The notes below the pieces were generated by a model. It saw only the letters and a list, made by a program, of their open reading frames with translations. It ran no database searches and had not been told where the DNA came from. Shown piece after piece: positions 9,369 through 17,714 of a stretch of DNA of 45,232 bases. The position numbers were made by a program, and so were the translations under genes. Source of the DNA: an uncultured Acidimicrobiaceae bacterium (lineage in GTDB: Bacteria; Actinomycetota; Acidimicrobiia; Spongiisociales; UBA5794); the NCBI GenBank assembly GCA_964465915.1, contig CAYXMJ010000002.1, forward strand, positions 1-45,232. The letters are read 5' to 3'. How positions within the stretch are numbered: the first letter of the stretch is position 1; each line of letters starts with the position of its first letter.

Positions 9369-9691
9369 GTCCGCGCCCAGTGGCGGCGTTGCGCCGGACC
9401 GAGATGGGGCCTGCGATCAGCCCAGGGAATTGCTGACGACGACCGTCAGCGGGATCACGAACGCCGCGGCTGCGAGGGCCCCGGCGACGACTCCGACGTA
9501 GAACAGTTGGTTTTCTGAGAGCTTGGCCACGTGGTCCTCGCTGGTGCTTGTCAACGGCTGGATGGATGATTGCACAAAGATGGGTCGTTGGTCACTTCGA
9601 CGCCGCGTGGCAGTCTACCTAGGATGCGTCCCGACGATCGGGCAGGTGGAACATCACAACACCATCAAATCACGAGGAAGGGCCTGAGGGC

Positions 9692-10213
9692 GTGACTGCA
9701 GACGGCTCTGAAGGAACGACCCCGGCTCCCGAGAACCGCTGGAATCGATTCGTCAAGGGTTTTGCGCTTGGAGCTGCCGGTCTGCTGCTGTTGTGGGGTG
9801 CGCTGGCCGCCCTGGTGTATTGGACCTCGGGGGACGAGTACGAGGAGGCTTCGTCAGGTGGTGGTCTTTCAGGTGAGACGGCGACCACGAGTGTACCCAG
9901 TGAGACGCAACCGCCGGGTAACGCCAACGGTGCCGATGTGGCAGATTCCGCCGGATGCACGGCTTGTCACAGCACCGACGGATCTGACGGTGTAGGGCCG
10001 TCGTGGCTCGGCATCGCCGGGACCGAGCGCCCGCTCGAAGGCGGAGGTTCTGCGCTTGCCGATTCGCCGTATCTGCTCGAGTCGATTGTCGATCCCGAGG
10101 TCAAGATCGTTGCCGGCTACGCCAGTGGGCTGATGCCGACCACGTTTGGCGACACGCTCGGGGACGAGGATCTGGCAGCGCTCGTCATCTATATCGAGTC
10201 GCTCGGCGGCTAG
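9692..10213 (+). CDS. membrane-anchored class I c-type cytochrome
   Basis: One N-terminal TM helix (FALGAAGLLLLWGALAALVYW), a heme-binding CTACH motif, and a distal Met region GLMPTTFG. GTG start at 9692. Confidence 0.8.
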   Translation: MTADGSEGTTPAPENRWNRFVKGFALGAAGLLLLWGALAALVYWTSGDEYEEASSGGGLSGETATTSVPSETQPPGNANGADVADSAGCTACHSTDGSDGVGPSWLGIAGTERPLEGGGSALADSPYLLESIVDPEVKIVAGYASGLMPTTFGDTLGDEDLAALVIYIESLGG

Positions 10214-10225
10214 GCCGCCGCCACG

Positions 10226-10690
10226 TCACTCACCGACGGCAACGTCGACAACATCGGCGGCGACGATCTCCCGGTAGTCATTCAGCGCCATCGTGATGGT
10301 CTGGGTATGGCTGCCACCGCGGAACGTGATCTTCTCGCCCGACAGGCGGTTGTCGAGGATCGTCCTCATCTCGTAGAGGCTGCCCAGTGGTGGCTCGGCA
10401 CCCGCCTCACAGTCGCCAAACGCAGCGGCGAACTCGTCTTCGCGGGCCATGCGCACCTCTTCGCAGCCGAGCACGAGCCGTGTCTTCTCGAGATCTACGT
10501 GCTTGTGACCGGGGACGACGGCCATGACGAACCGATCGTCGGCCAGCAGGATTACCGGCTTGGCGATCTGTTTGCCGGAGATGTGCTCAGACTCGGCAAC
10601 GCGCTGTGCGGTGTAGGCGAGGGGATGTTCGGTGATCTCGTAGGCCACTCCGTGGGTGAGGAGGTACTCTCGAACTCGTTCGGCACCCAT
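10226..10690 (-). CDS. YbaK/EbsC family aminoacyl-tRNA trans-editing (deacylase) domain protein
   Basis: 154-aa product MGAERVREYLLTHGVAYEITEHP...AKPVILLADDRFVMAVVPGHKHVDLEK...ITFRGGSHTQTI. GGAAGGAG lies upstream of ATG 10690. The rest of the 659-aa track ORF is antisense to asnA. Confidence 0.8.
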   Translation of the reverse strand: MGAERVREYLLTHGVAYEITEHPLAYTAQRVAESEHISGKQIAKPVILLADDRFVMAVVPGHKHVDLEKTRLVLGCEEVRMAREDEFAAAFGDCEAGAEPPLGSLYEMRTILDNRLSGEKITFRGGSHTQTITMALNDYREIVAADVVDVAVGE

Positions 10691-10867
10691 GTCCGCTGCT
10701 CCTTCCCTTGTTCCTGGCACGAGATTGCCCGAAGCGTCGCCACCCCGCCATGGGCAATGGTCACAACTACCGGCCACTGGATACCCTCTGCTGGGCACTC
10801 CGACCCTGGTCCGTCGGTCGGTCGGTTGGCAGGCTGAGTCCGTCGCTCGACCACAAGGAGTGTTTCC

Positions 10868-11995
10868 GTGACCAGCAAGCAAGCGGACTTGGCAGGACCG
10901 GGGATGGGGGACTATTCGGAACTCGAGAAGGTGCTTCCGGAGGACTACGAGTCGCTGCTGACCCGCAAGGAGACGATGGCGGCACTCTTTGCGGCCAAGG
11001 GGTACATCGAGGAGAACCTGTGCCGCGAACTCAACCTGTTCATGGTGCAGGTCCCGCTCATCGTCGACGTCAAGAGTGGTGTCAACGACATGCTGGATCG
11101 CGATGGATCCCGGACTCCAGTGGGTTTCCACATCGCCAACGACGGAACCAACTCGATCGACGCCGAGGTGGTGCAGGCGGCGACGAAGTGGAAGCGCCCC
11201 GCGTTGGCGCAGTTCGGTTGTGAAGTCGGCGAGGGGATCTGCACCGACATGAAGGCCGTCCGCAAGGACTACTTCCTCGACCACGACCACAGCGCCTACG
11301 TCGACCAGTGGGACTGGGAGCGCGTCATCACCCCGGACCAGCGCAACCTGGAGTTCCTCACTGATGTTGTTCGCAAGATCTGGAAGGTGCTCTACGGGGC
11401 GGCCATGCACGTGCAGGACCTGTTCCCGCAGCTGGCAACGAGCAAGTATCCACCGATCCCTGAGGAGCTTAGGTTCATTCATGCTGAGGACATCCTGGAG
11501 ATGTTCCCGGACCTGCCCCGCAAGCAACGTGAGACCGCACTCCTCCAGGAGTACCCAGCCGTGTTCATCTACGGCATCGGCTGGCCGCTCGAAGATGGCT
11601 ATCCGCACGAGCTGCGCGCCGCCGACTACGACGACTGGGTGAGCGAGACCGTGTCGGCCGACGGCCGTCCGATGCACGGGCTCAACGGCGACATTCTGGT
11701 GTGGAACCCTGTGACCCGGCGCCGTCACGAGCTCACGTCGATGGGGGTGCGCGTCACCAAGGAGACACTGCGGATCCAGCTCGAGATGGCCGGGCAGGTC
11801 GACTTCCTGGAATTGCCATATCACCAGGCGATCCTCAACGACGAGATCCCGCTTTCGATCGGGGGCGGCATCGGCCAGTCGCGCACGTACATGTACCTGC
11901 TGCGCAAGGCGCACCTCGGCGAGGTATCGGTGACAGTCTGGCCCCAGATCCTCAAAGACATGTGCGCGGCCAAGGGAATCAACGTCCTTGAGTAG
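10868..11995 (+). CDS. asnA: aspartate--ammonia ligase (asparagine synthetase A)
   Basis: Blocks shared with E. coli AsnA as I recall it: VQAATKWKR, DHDHSAYVDQWDWERV, LNGDILVWNPV, ELTSMGVRV, SIGGGIGQSR. AAGGAG lies 8 nt upstream of GTG 10868. Confidence 0.9.
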   Translation: MTSKQADLAGPGMGDYSELEKVLPEDYESLLTRKETMAALFAAKGYIEENLCRELNLFMVQVPLIVDVKSGVNDMLDRDGSRTPVGFHIANDGTNSIDAEVVQAATKWKRPALAQFGCEVGEGICTDMKAVRKDYFLDHDHSAYVDQWDWERVITPDQRNLEFLTDVVRKIWKVLYGAAMHVQDLFPQLATSKYPPIPEELRFIHAEDILEMFPDLPRKQRETALLQEYPAVFIYGIGWPLEDGYPHELRAADYDDWVSETVSADGRPMHGLNGDILVWNPVTRRRHELTSMGVRVTKETLRIQLEMAGQVDFLELPYHQAILNDEIPLSIGGGIGQSRTYMYLLRKAHLGEVSVTVWPQILKDMCAAKGINVLE

Positions 11996-12100
11996 CCCCA
12001 CTGTGCCGGGATGTCGCATCGGTCGTAAAAGTGGTTGGGAAATCGGCGGTTGCATCCGATAGTCTCCACCAGAGCGAAATCGAACCGGAGGGCGCGAACG

Positions 12101-13504
12101 ATGACCGAGCAGGCCTGGCAGCAGGGGACCCATCTCAGTCCGAAAGAACGGCGAGCCCAGGGCAAGGCGGCGCGCAAAGCGGTGCCGCGCTCTAGCCACG
12201 CCCACTGGTCACCCGGCGCCGATCGTCCCGACCCGGTGGCGCTGGTCGAAGGGCAGGACACCAATCGGCTCCAGTGGCTGGTGCCGGTGCGGCGGGGCCG
12301 CATGTCGGTTTCCGCGTTCACGTTTTATCGCGGGGCGGCGCGCGTCATGGCGACCGACCTGGCGACGACACCGAACTCCGGTCTTACCGTTCAGGCGTGC
12401 GGCGATGCCCACCTGTCCAACTTCGGCTTCTACGCCTCACCCGAACGGCAATTGGTCTTCGACATCAACGACTTCGACGAGACGCTGCCAGGACCGTGGG
12501 AGTGGGACGTGAAACGCCTCGCCGCTAGTTTCATGATTGCCGGGCGCAACCGAGGCTTCTCCGACGCGGACAACCGCAAGATCACGGCCACATCAGTGGC
12601 CAGCTACCGTCAGACCATGGCCGAGATGGCCGGGACACGGACGCTCGATGTCTGGTACGCCCACCTTTCGGCAGCCGCTCTCAGGGACGCCTTCGCCAGC
12701 CGAGGTGCGAAGAAGGCAGCGAAGCGCACCAAGAAGACGGCAACCAAGGCCAAGAGCAAGGACAGCCTCCAAGCATTGCGCAAGATGGCCGAGAAGGTCG
12801 ACGGTACCTATCGAATCAAGTCCGACCACCCCGTCTTGGTACCGCTGCGCGACCTCGGAGACGCAACGGAGCAGGACCGGATTCGGCAGGCAGCGCGGCA
12901 GAGCTTCGACGAGTATCGCTCGACGATGCGTCGCGACCGGCAGTTGCTCCTCGATCGCTTCCGCCCGGTTGACATCGCGATCAAGGTCGTTGGGGTGGGC
13001 AGTGTGGGCACCCGTTGCTACATCCTCCTGCTCGAGGGTCGCGACGAGGCCGACCCGTTGTTCCTCCAGGTCAAGGAGGCAACCAAGTCGGTGCTCGAGG
13101 AACACCTGCCGGCGAGCCGCTGGCGCAACTCAGGGCGACGGGTGGTCGTGGGCCAGCGACTGATGCAATCGGCCAGCGACGTGTTCCTCGGCTGGTCGGG
13201 CAGCGTGCAGGGTTACGAGTACTACTGGCGCCAGTTGCGCGACTGGAAGGGCTCGGTCGATGTCGACGCGGCCGGGCGCAAGGCCCTCACCCGCTATGCC
13301 GCGATCTGTGGCTGGACCTTGGCTCGCAGCCATGCTCGCACCGGCGACCCGATCGCCATCGCCGCGTACCTGGGCACCGGCACCGTGTTCGACAACGCCA
13401 TCACCGAGTTCTCGGAGAAGTACGCCGATCAGAACGAGAGCGACTACGCCGAGTTCATGGGCGCCATACAGGATGGGACGCTCGTAGCGGACACCAGCGG
13501 GTAG
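12101..13504 (+). CDS. DUF2252 domain-containing protein
   Basis: LVPVRRGRMSVSAFTFYRGAARVMATDLA...QACGDAHLSNFGFYASPERQLVFDINDFDETLPGPWEWDVKRLAAS matches the DUF2252 consensus I recall. I chose ATG 12101, which has GGAGG upstream. Confidence 0.85.
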   Translation: MTEQAWQQGTHLSPKERRAQGKAARKAVPRSSHAHWSPGADRPDPVALVEGQDTNRLQWLVPVRRGRMSVSAFTFYRGAARVMATDLATTPNSGLTVQACGDAHLSNFGFYASPERQLVFDINDFDETLPGPWEWDVKRLAASFMIAGRNRGFSDADNRKITATSVASYRQTMAEMAGTRTLDVWYAHLSAAALRDAFASRGAKKAAKRTKKTATKAKSKDSLQALRKMAEKVDGTYRIKSDHPVLVPLRDLGDATEQDRIRQAARQSFDEYRSTMRRDRQLLLDRFRPVDIAIKVVGVGSVGTRCYILLLEGRDEADPLFLQVKEATKSVLEEHLPASRWRNSGRRVVVGQRLMQSASDVFLGWSGSVQGYEYYWRQLRDWKGSVDVDAAGRKALTRYAAICGWTLARSHARTGDPIAIAAYLGTGTVFDNAITEFSEKYADQNESDYAEFMGAIQDGTLVADTSG

Positions 13505-13645
13505 ACCTCGCCCGGTTCAGTCCCTGCCGCCGGATTTGCGCCCTGCGGCGGTATCGCGCAGTCGGAGAGATCGGTCGCAGAACAGAATGACGATCAGGAT
13601 TGCGACTACGCCTACCACTACAGCGCCTTTCTCTTCTGCTGTAGC

Positions 13646-14845
13646 TCAGGAGGCCGACAGATGGGCTATGGCCACGGCGGCGTAGAGGGCCACGCCGGTC
13701 GCCATGGCTGCTTCGTCGAAGCGCACCCGGTTGGAGTGATTGTTGGGGGCCTCGCCGGGCACCAACTCGGGCGGGCAGGCGCCAAGGAACACCATGGCGC
13801 CGGGCACCTTCTGCAAGACGTAGCTCCAGTCTTCGGCGCCCATGATGGGGTAGGGCAGGGGGGTCACGGCGTCTTCGCCGGCGAGGTCGGTTGCGACGTC
13901 GGTGACGAGTTGTGAGAAGGCGTCGTCGTTGACCGTTACCGGGTAGCCGGGGCGAATCCTGAGGTGAGCCTCAACGCCGTGGGCGGCGGCGACATTGGTC
14001 GCGACCCGCTCGATCATCTCATGCACCTGGGTGCGGGTGTCCTCTGAGAGCGCTCGGATGGTCCCGGAGAGCTCGGCCGTCTCGGGGATCACATTGTGGG
14101 TGGTGCCGGCTGCGATCCTGGCGAATGTCACGACCGCGGGGTCGAGGACGCTGATGCGTCGGGTGAGGGCGGTTTCGGTCGCCAGCACGATCTCGGCCGC
14201 CACCGGGATGGGGTCCTGAGCGAGGTACGGCGCCGAGGCATGGCCACCGCGGCCGGTGAGGGTCACGTACATCTCATCTGCCGACGCCATTAGGGGCCCG
14301 GGCCGATGGTGCACGGTGCCGGATTCGTAGAGTGCCGTGACGTGGATGGCGAAAGCGCCGGTCGGGGCGGGGTCGACGACCTCGAGCAGGCCTTCGTCGA
14401 GCATGATCTGGGCGCCGTGGTGGCCTTCCTCCCCGGGTTGGAACATGAACACGACCCGTCCCGCGAGCTGACCGCGCCGGGCAGACAGCAACTTGGCGGC
14501 GCCCACCAGCATCGCGGTGTGCAGATCATGACCACAGGCGTGCATTGCACCGTGAACCTCGCTGGCGTAGGGGAGCCCGGTGTCTTCGGGCATCGGTAGG
14601 CCATCCATGTCGCCGCGCAGCACGATGGCCGGACCCGGCAGCCCGCCCTCGAGCACAGCGACAATTCCACTGGTCGTCTCGTGGAGATGAAGCTCGAGCG
14701 GCAATCCTTCGAGCGCTGCCAGCACCGTCTCGCGGGTGGCAGGGAGGTCGTTGCCGATCTCGGGGCGGCGGTGCAGCGAACGGCGCAGCTCGACGATTTC
14801 GGGAAGGAGGTCTCGGGCTGAGGTGAGCAAGGTGTTGTTGTTCAT
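13646..14845 (-). CDS. M20 family metallopeptidase / N-acyl-L-amino acid amidohydrolase
   Basis: 399 aa. RRSLHRRPEIGNDLP, MHACGHDLHTAML, FMFQPGEEG and GGHASAPY are the M20D (hippurate hydrolase-like) signatures. Confidence 0.85.
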   Translation of the reverse strand: MNNNTLLTSARDLLPEIVELRRSLHRRPEIGNDLPATRETVLAALEGLPLELHLHETTSGIVAVLEGGLPGPAIVLRGDMDGLPMPEDTGLPYASEVHGAMHACGHDLHTAMLVGAAKLLSARRGQLAGRVVFMFQPGEEGHHGAQIMLDEGLLEVVDPAPTGAFAIHVTALYESGTVHHRPGPLMASADEMYVTLTGRGGHASAPYLAQDPIPVAAEIVLATETALTRRISVLDPAVVTFARIAAGTTHNVIPETAELSGTIRALSEDTRTQVHEMIERVATNVAAAHGVEAHLRIRPGYPVTVNDDAFSQLVTDVATDLAGEDAVTPLPYPIMGAEDWSYVLQKVPGAMVFLGACPPELVPGEAPNNHSNRVRFDEAAMATGVALYAAVAIAHLSAS

Positions 14846-14891
14846 CCGGCCATGCTACGGGGTGGGGCCGCAGGCGCCGCGCTGCACGCTT

Positions 14892-15902
14892 CTAGTCGTG
14901 CGCCGTGACCCATTCGCGGCACATCGCCAGCAGCTTCAAGGTCTCGGCGTGGTTGGGGAGCAGTGCCGGCCAGACGTGGTACATGTCGTCGGCGACGTGG
15001 AGGGTCACCTCGCATCCATCGGATTGGGCCTTGCGGGCAAGTCGAACCGAGTCGTCGAGCATCATCTCCCGTCCGCCGGCGAACACCAGCAGCGGGGGGA
15101 TCCCGGTGTAGTCGCCGTACATCGGCGAGGCGTAGGGATCCTTGGGATCGTGATCGCCGAGGTACTCGTGAAGAGGGCGGATTGGGTGGAGAAGCGGCAA
15201 GTAATCGGTGGCCATGTTGCGATAGATCGAGTTGCCGGTGTGCTCGAGGTCGGTGTACGGAGAGAACACGATGGCGCCGGCGGGGAGCGGGTCGCCCGCG
15301 TCGCGCAGCCGCAGCAGCGTGGCCAGGGCGAGTCCGCCACCGGCGGAGTCGCCGGCGATGACGATCCGGTTCGGGTCGGTGCTGCCGGCCAGCAAGGAGC
15401 GGTACACCGCGATGGCGTCGTCACCGGCGGCTGGGAATGGGTGTTCGGGGGCCAGCCGATAGTCGGGTACTACGGCAGACCCGCCGACGGCCCAGGTGAG
15501 GTTGGCGACAAAGCGACGATGGGTTGCCGGACTTCCGGCGAGATAGCCGCCACCGTGGAAGTAGAGGATGGTCGCCGTGTCGGTTAGGTCCGTCCCGGCG
15601 CCGTTGCGGATTTGTCGCTCGACCGGAACTCCGGCCACCGCGGTGTGCTCGATCCGCATCGCAAGGCGCAACGGCCGTGGGAGCGGCGGGTCGAGCTTGC
15701 CCTCGAGCTTGGCCCGGGCGAGCGGATCGGGGTGGGTGGCCGCCGCCATGATGAAGGACCGCAACGCCACGGCCTTGAGTTCCACATCCCAACCCCAGCC
15801 GGGGACGGCGGGGCCTGAGAAGATGCGGCGAACCACACGAGCGACGAGGGCGACAACCATGGCCACTATCAGCTGGAGAACGAGCCCCACGGTCCTGATC
15901 AT
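14892..15902 (-). CDS. alpha/beta hydrolase, hormone-sensitive-lipase-like esterase with N-terminal TM anchor
   Basis: HGGGY oxyanion motif (ILYFHGGGYLAG), nucleophile elbow GDSAGG, and a C-terminal HV (catalytic His) region. N-terminal hydrophobic helix VGLVLQLIVAMVVALVA. Confidence 0.8.
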   Translation of the reverse strand: MIRTVGLVLQLIVAMVVALVARVVRRIFSGPAVPGWGWDVELKAVALRSFIMAAATHPDPLARAKLEGKLDPPLPRPLRLAMRIEHTAVAGVPVERQIRNGAGTDLTDTATILYFHGGGYLAGSPATHRRFVANLTWAVGGSAVVPDYRLAPEHPFPAAGDDAIAVYRSLLAGSTDPNRIVIAGDSAGGGLALATLLRLRDAGDPLPAGAIVFSPYTDLEHTGNSIYRNMATDYLPLLHPIRPLHEYLGDHDPKDPYASPMYGDYTGIPPLLVFAGGREMMLDDSVRLARKAQSDGCEVTLHVADDMYHVWPALLPNHAETLKLLAMCREWVTAHD

Positions 15903-15983
15903 TCTCCAACGCTACGACGCTCCCGCCATGTCGCCAAAGGCAGAACGGCCCATCCGACCAGGACCACTCGGCATCTTGGTCGG

Positions 15984-16787
15984 CTAGGTATTGGCGAGTT
16001 GCTGTTCCAGGGCAGCGATCTGGGTCTCGAGCTCACCGAGTTCCGATTCGATCTCGGTTGCGGATTGATCCGAGGGTGGGCGCTCGAGCCTTCTCTGGAT
16101 GTCACCGTAACGATTCGAGGCCTCGCGGAACTCTGTAGTGAGTTGCGGCCGGCCGTCGATCTGGACCTTGGTCGATAGGTCGAGGACGGGGTCTGACAGC
16201 GCATCGGCGCGAGCCTCGAGCTGAGCCCAGCGGCGGTTGAGGGCTTTCTCCTTGCGGCTTGCCGCGGCACGCCGTTCGACGTAGCGCCCCCCAAGACCAA
16301 CGATCAGCAACACCGCGGCGATGCCGGCGAGGATCAGTCCCCAGTTGGTCGACGACGTTTCGGTGAGAGCCGCGTCGACAAACGCGTCGACCCCATCGGC
16401 AATGGATGGGCCGGAGAGTTCGTCGTCGGCCGCCGTCAGCGCTGAGTCCATCTCACCTTGCGAGAGCGAATCGCTCGAGGCGCCGTACGCAGCCGGAGTG
16501 AAGACGAGGATCGTCCCGGCAACAAGATCGTTGACCTGGGCCGCGAAGGGCACGGCATCTACTCGAGAGTCGGCGAGTACCACGACGGTGAGTTCGAGCC
16601 CGTTCGTCGCGGCTCGATCGATTGAGGCAACGACCCGATCGAGGTCGAACGGTTCGGCGCCGGGTTCGACGTAGACCCCGTCTGACAACCCCGCAGCGGC
16701 TTCTTCCGCCGTCGCGGCGAGCGCCGCCGGAGCGCTCGGCGCTGCAAGTGCCACGGACGCCAGCAGCACTACGAGGATGCGTCGCAT
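15984..16787 (-). CDS. secreted, membrane-anchored protein of unknown function (TPM-like layout, tentative)
   Basis: I chose the internal Met at 16787, with GGAAGG upstream. It has a signal peptide MRRILVVLLASVALAAPSAPAALA, a roughly 150-aa domain, one TM (WGLILAGIAAVLLIVGLGG), and a charged coiled-coil-like tail. High GC3 in this frame. Confidence 0.6.
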   Translation of the reverse strand: MRRILVVLLASVALAAPSAPAALAATAEEAAAGLSDGVYVEPGAEPFDLDRVVASIDRAATNGLELTVVVLADSRVDAVPFAAQVNDLVAGTILVFTPAAYGASSDSLSQGEMDSALTAADDELSGPSIADGVDAFVDAALTETSSTNWGLILAGIAAVLLIVGLGGRYVERRAAASRKEKALNRRWAQLEARADALSDPVLDLSTKVQIDGRPQLTTEFREASNRYGDIQRRLERPPSDQSATEIESELGELETQIAALEQQLANT

Positions 16788-16816
16788 GGTTCCAGCCTTC
16801 CGTGTGACGATCCAAG

Positions 16817-17647
16817 ATGGTACAACGGACGCGGCGGCGGCCACGAGGCGCCCACCGCGACATGAGGACGACCGTGCAGCAGCGCAAAGTGACCGGGCCG
16901 GACGGCACCCGATGGATCGTTGGTCGGCGATGGCTGGCGTCTCGGCCACGCTATTTCGGGTTTCGGTTCGGGGTGGATCGGCGCGAACCGCAGTTCGAAC
17001 CTCCGCACTCCGAAGAGGTGTCGATCCCACGGGTCGAGCGTGTTCCCGCACCCACCCAACCGCCGACGCCTCCCGTCGTCCGCTACCGCGACAAGGACCC
17101 CAAGCGCCGCGGGGGCGGGTGGTTCGGCGGATGGGGCAGTTCCGGCCGATCCGGTGGGTCGGGCGGGTTCAGCTGGGGTGGTGGTGGCGGTGGTCGAAGC
17201 AGCGGCGGATCGGGCCGCTCGGGTGGGTCGGGCGGTGGCAGCCGGGGCAGGTCGTCGGGTGGCGGCAAACGTGGGGGCGGTGGAGGTGGCGCAATCGGTG
17301 GGGCCGCGGCCCTGCTGCTGAAGGTCCTCAAGTACATACTCATTGTGATTCTGGTGATTGCAGTTGCCCTGTTCGTGATCTTCGTGCTGGTACCTACCGT
17401 CCTGTTCCTGCTCCAGTACGCGGTCTTCTACATCGTCATTGGAGTCACCATCGTGCTGCGGGCGCTCACCGGGAGACCGTGGATCATCGAGCTGGAGGAG
17501 TTCGACGGTTACCGGGTGCGCGCCTGGCGGATCAAGGGTTGGCGGGAGAGCAAGGGAGTCATTGATGCGGTGGCGGAGGCCGTTCGCCGCGGCGAACCTC
17601 TCGAGCCCGCCGGGGCTGAGGCGGTCGATATTGTGAACGCACCCTGA
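16817..17647 (+). CDS. membrane protein with long Gly/Ser/Arg low-complexity region
   Basis: High GC3 in this frame. It has a basic N-terminal region, a roughly 65-aa GGS/RGG-rich tract, two hydrophobic helices (LKYILIVILVIAVALFVIFVLV, LLQYAVFYIVIGVTIVL), and a small C-terminal domain. The start may instead be ATG 16862 (MRTTVQQ). Confidence 0.6.
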   Translation: MVQRTRRRPRGAHRDMRTTVQQRKVTGPDGTRWIVGRRWLASRPRYFGFRFGVDRREPQFEPPHSEEVSIPRVERVPAPTQPPTPPVVRYRDKDPKRRGGGWFGGWGSSGRSGGSGGFSWGGGGGGRSSGGSGRSGGSGGGSRGRSSGGGKRGGGGGGAIGGAAALLLKVLKYILIVILVIAVALFVIFVLVPTVLFLLQYAVFYIVIGVTIVLRALTGRPWIIELEEFDGYRVRAWRIKGWRESKGVIDAVAEAVRRGEPLEPAGAEAVDIVNAP

Positions 17648-17714
17648 GCGCTGCGTTCGTATAGAAGCCCTCGCCGCGCCAGAATCATGGCAAATCACGA
17701 TCGCTAATGCAGGA

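Noticed and set aside
9692-10213. The cytochrome c gene as a possible MauG or amicyanin-type redox partner for the Mau-like operon.
   Set aside because: It is a small mono-heme class I cytochrome about 17-22 kb away on the other strand, with unrelated genes in between. MauG is a roughly 40-kDa di-heme enzyme. There is no basis for linkage.
10691-12205. Upstream 500 codons of the 659-aa minus-strand track ORF (10226-12205).
   Set aside because: Only the last 154 codons look like a real protein (YbaK/EbsC, with its own RBS and ATG at 10690). The remainder is exactly antisense to the well-supported asnA gene and translates to Arg/His/Pro-rich low-information sequence, a typical high-GC shadow ORF.
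16769-17698. 309-aa minus-strand ORF and 262-aa plus-strand ORF (16777-17565) overlapping the Gly-rich membrane protein gene.
   Set aside because: Their products are Pro/Arg/Ala-rich with no hydrophobic or domain structure. The 16817 frame gives coherent TM helices and the highest third-position G/C. Some uncertainty remains because low-complexity GGN repeats read open in several frames.
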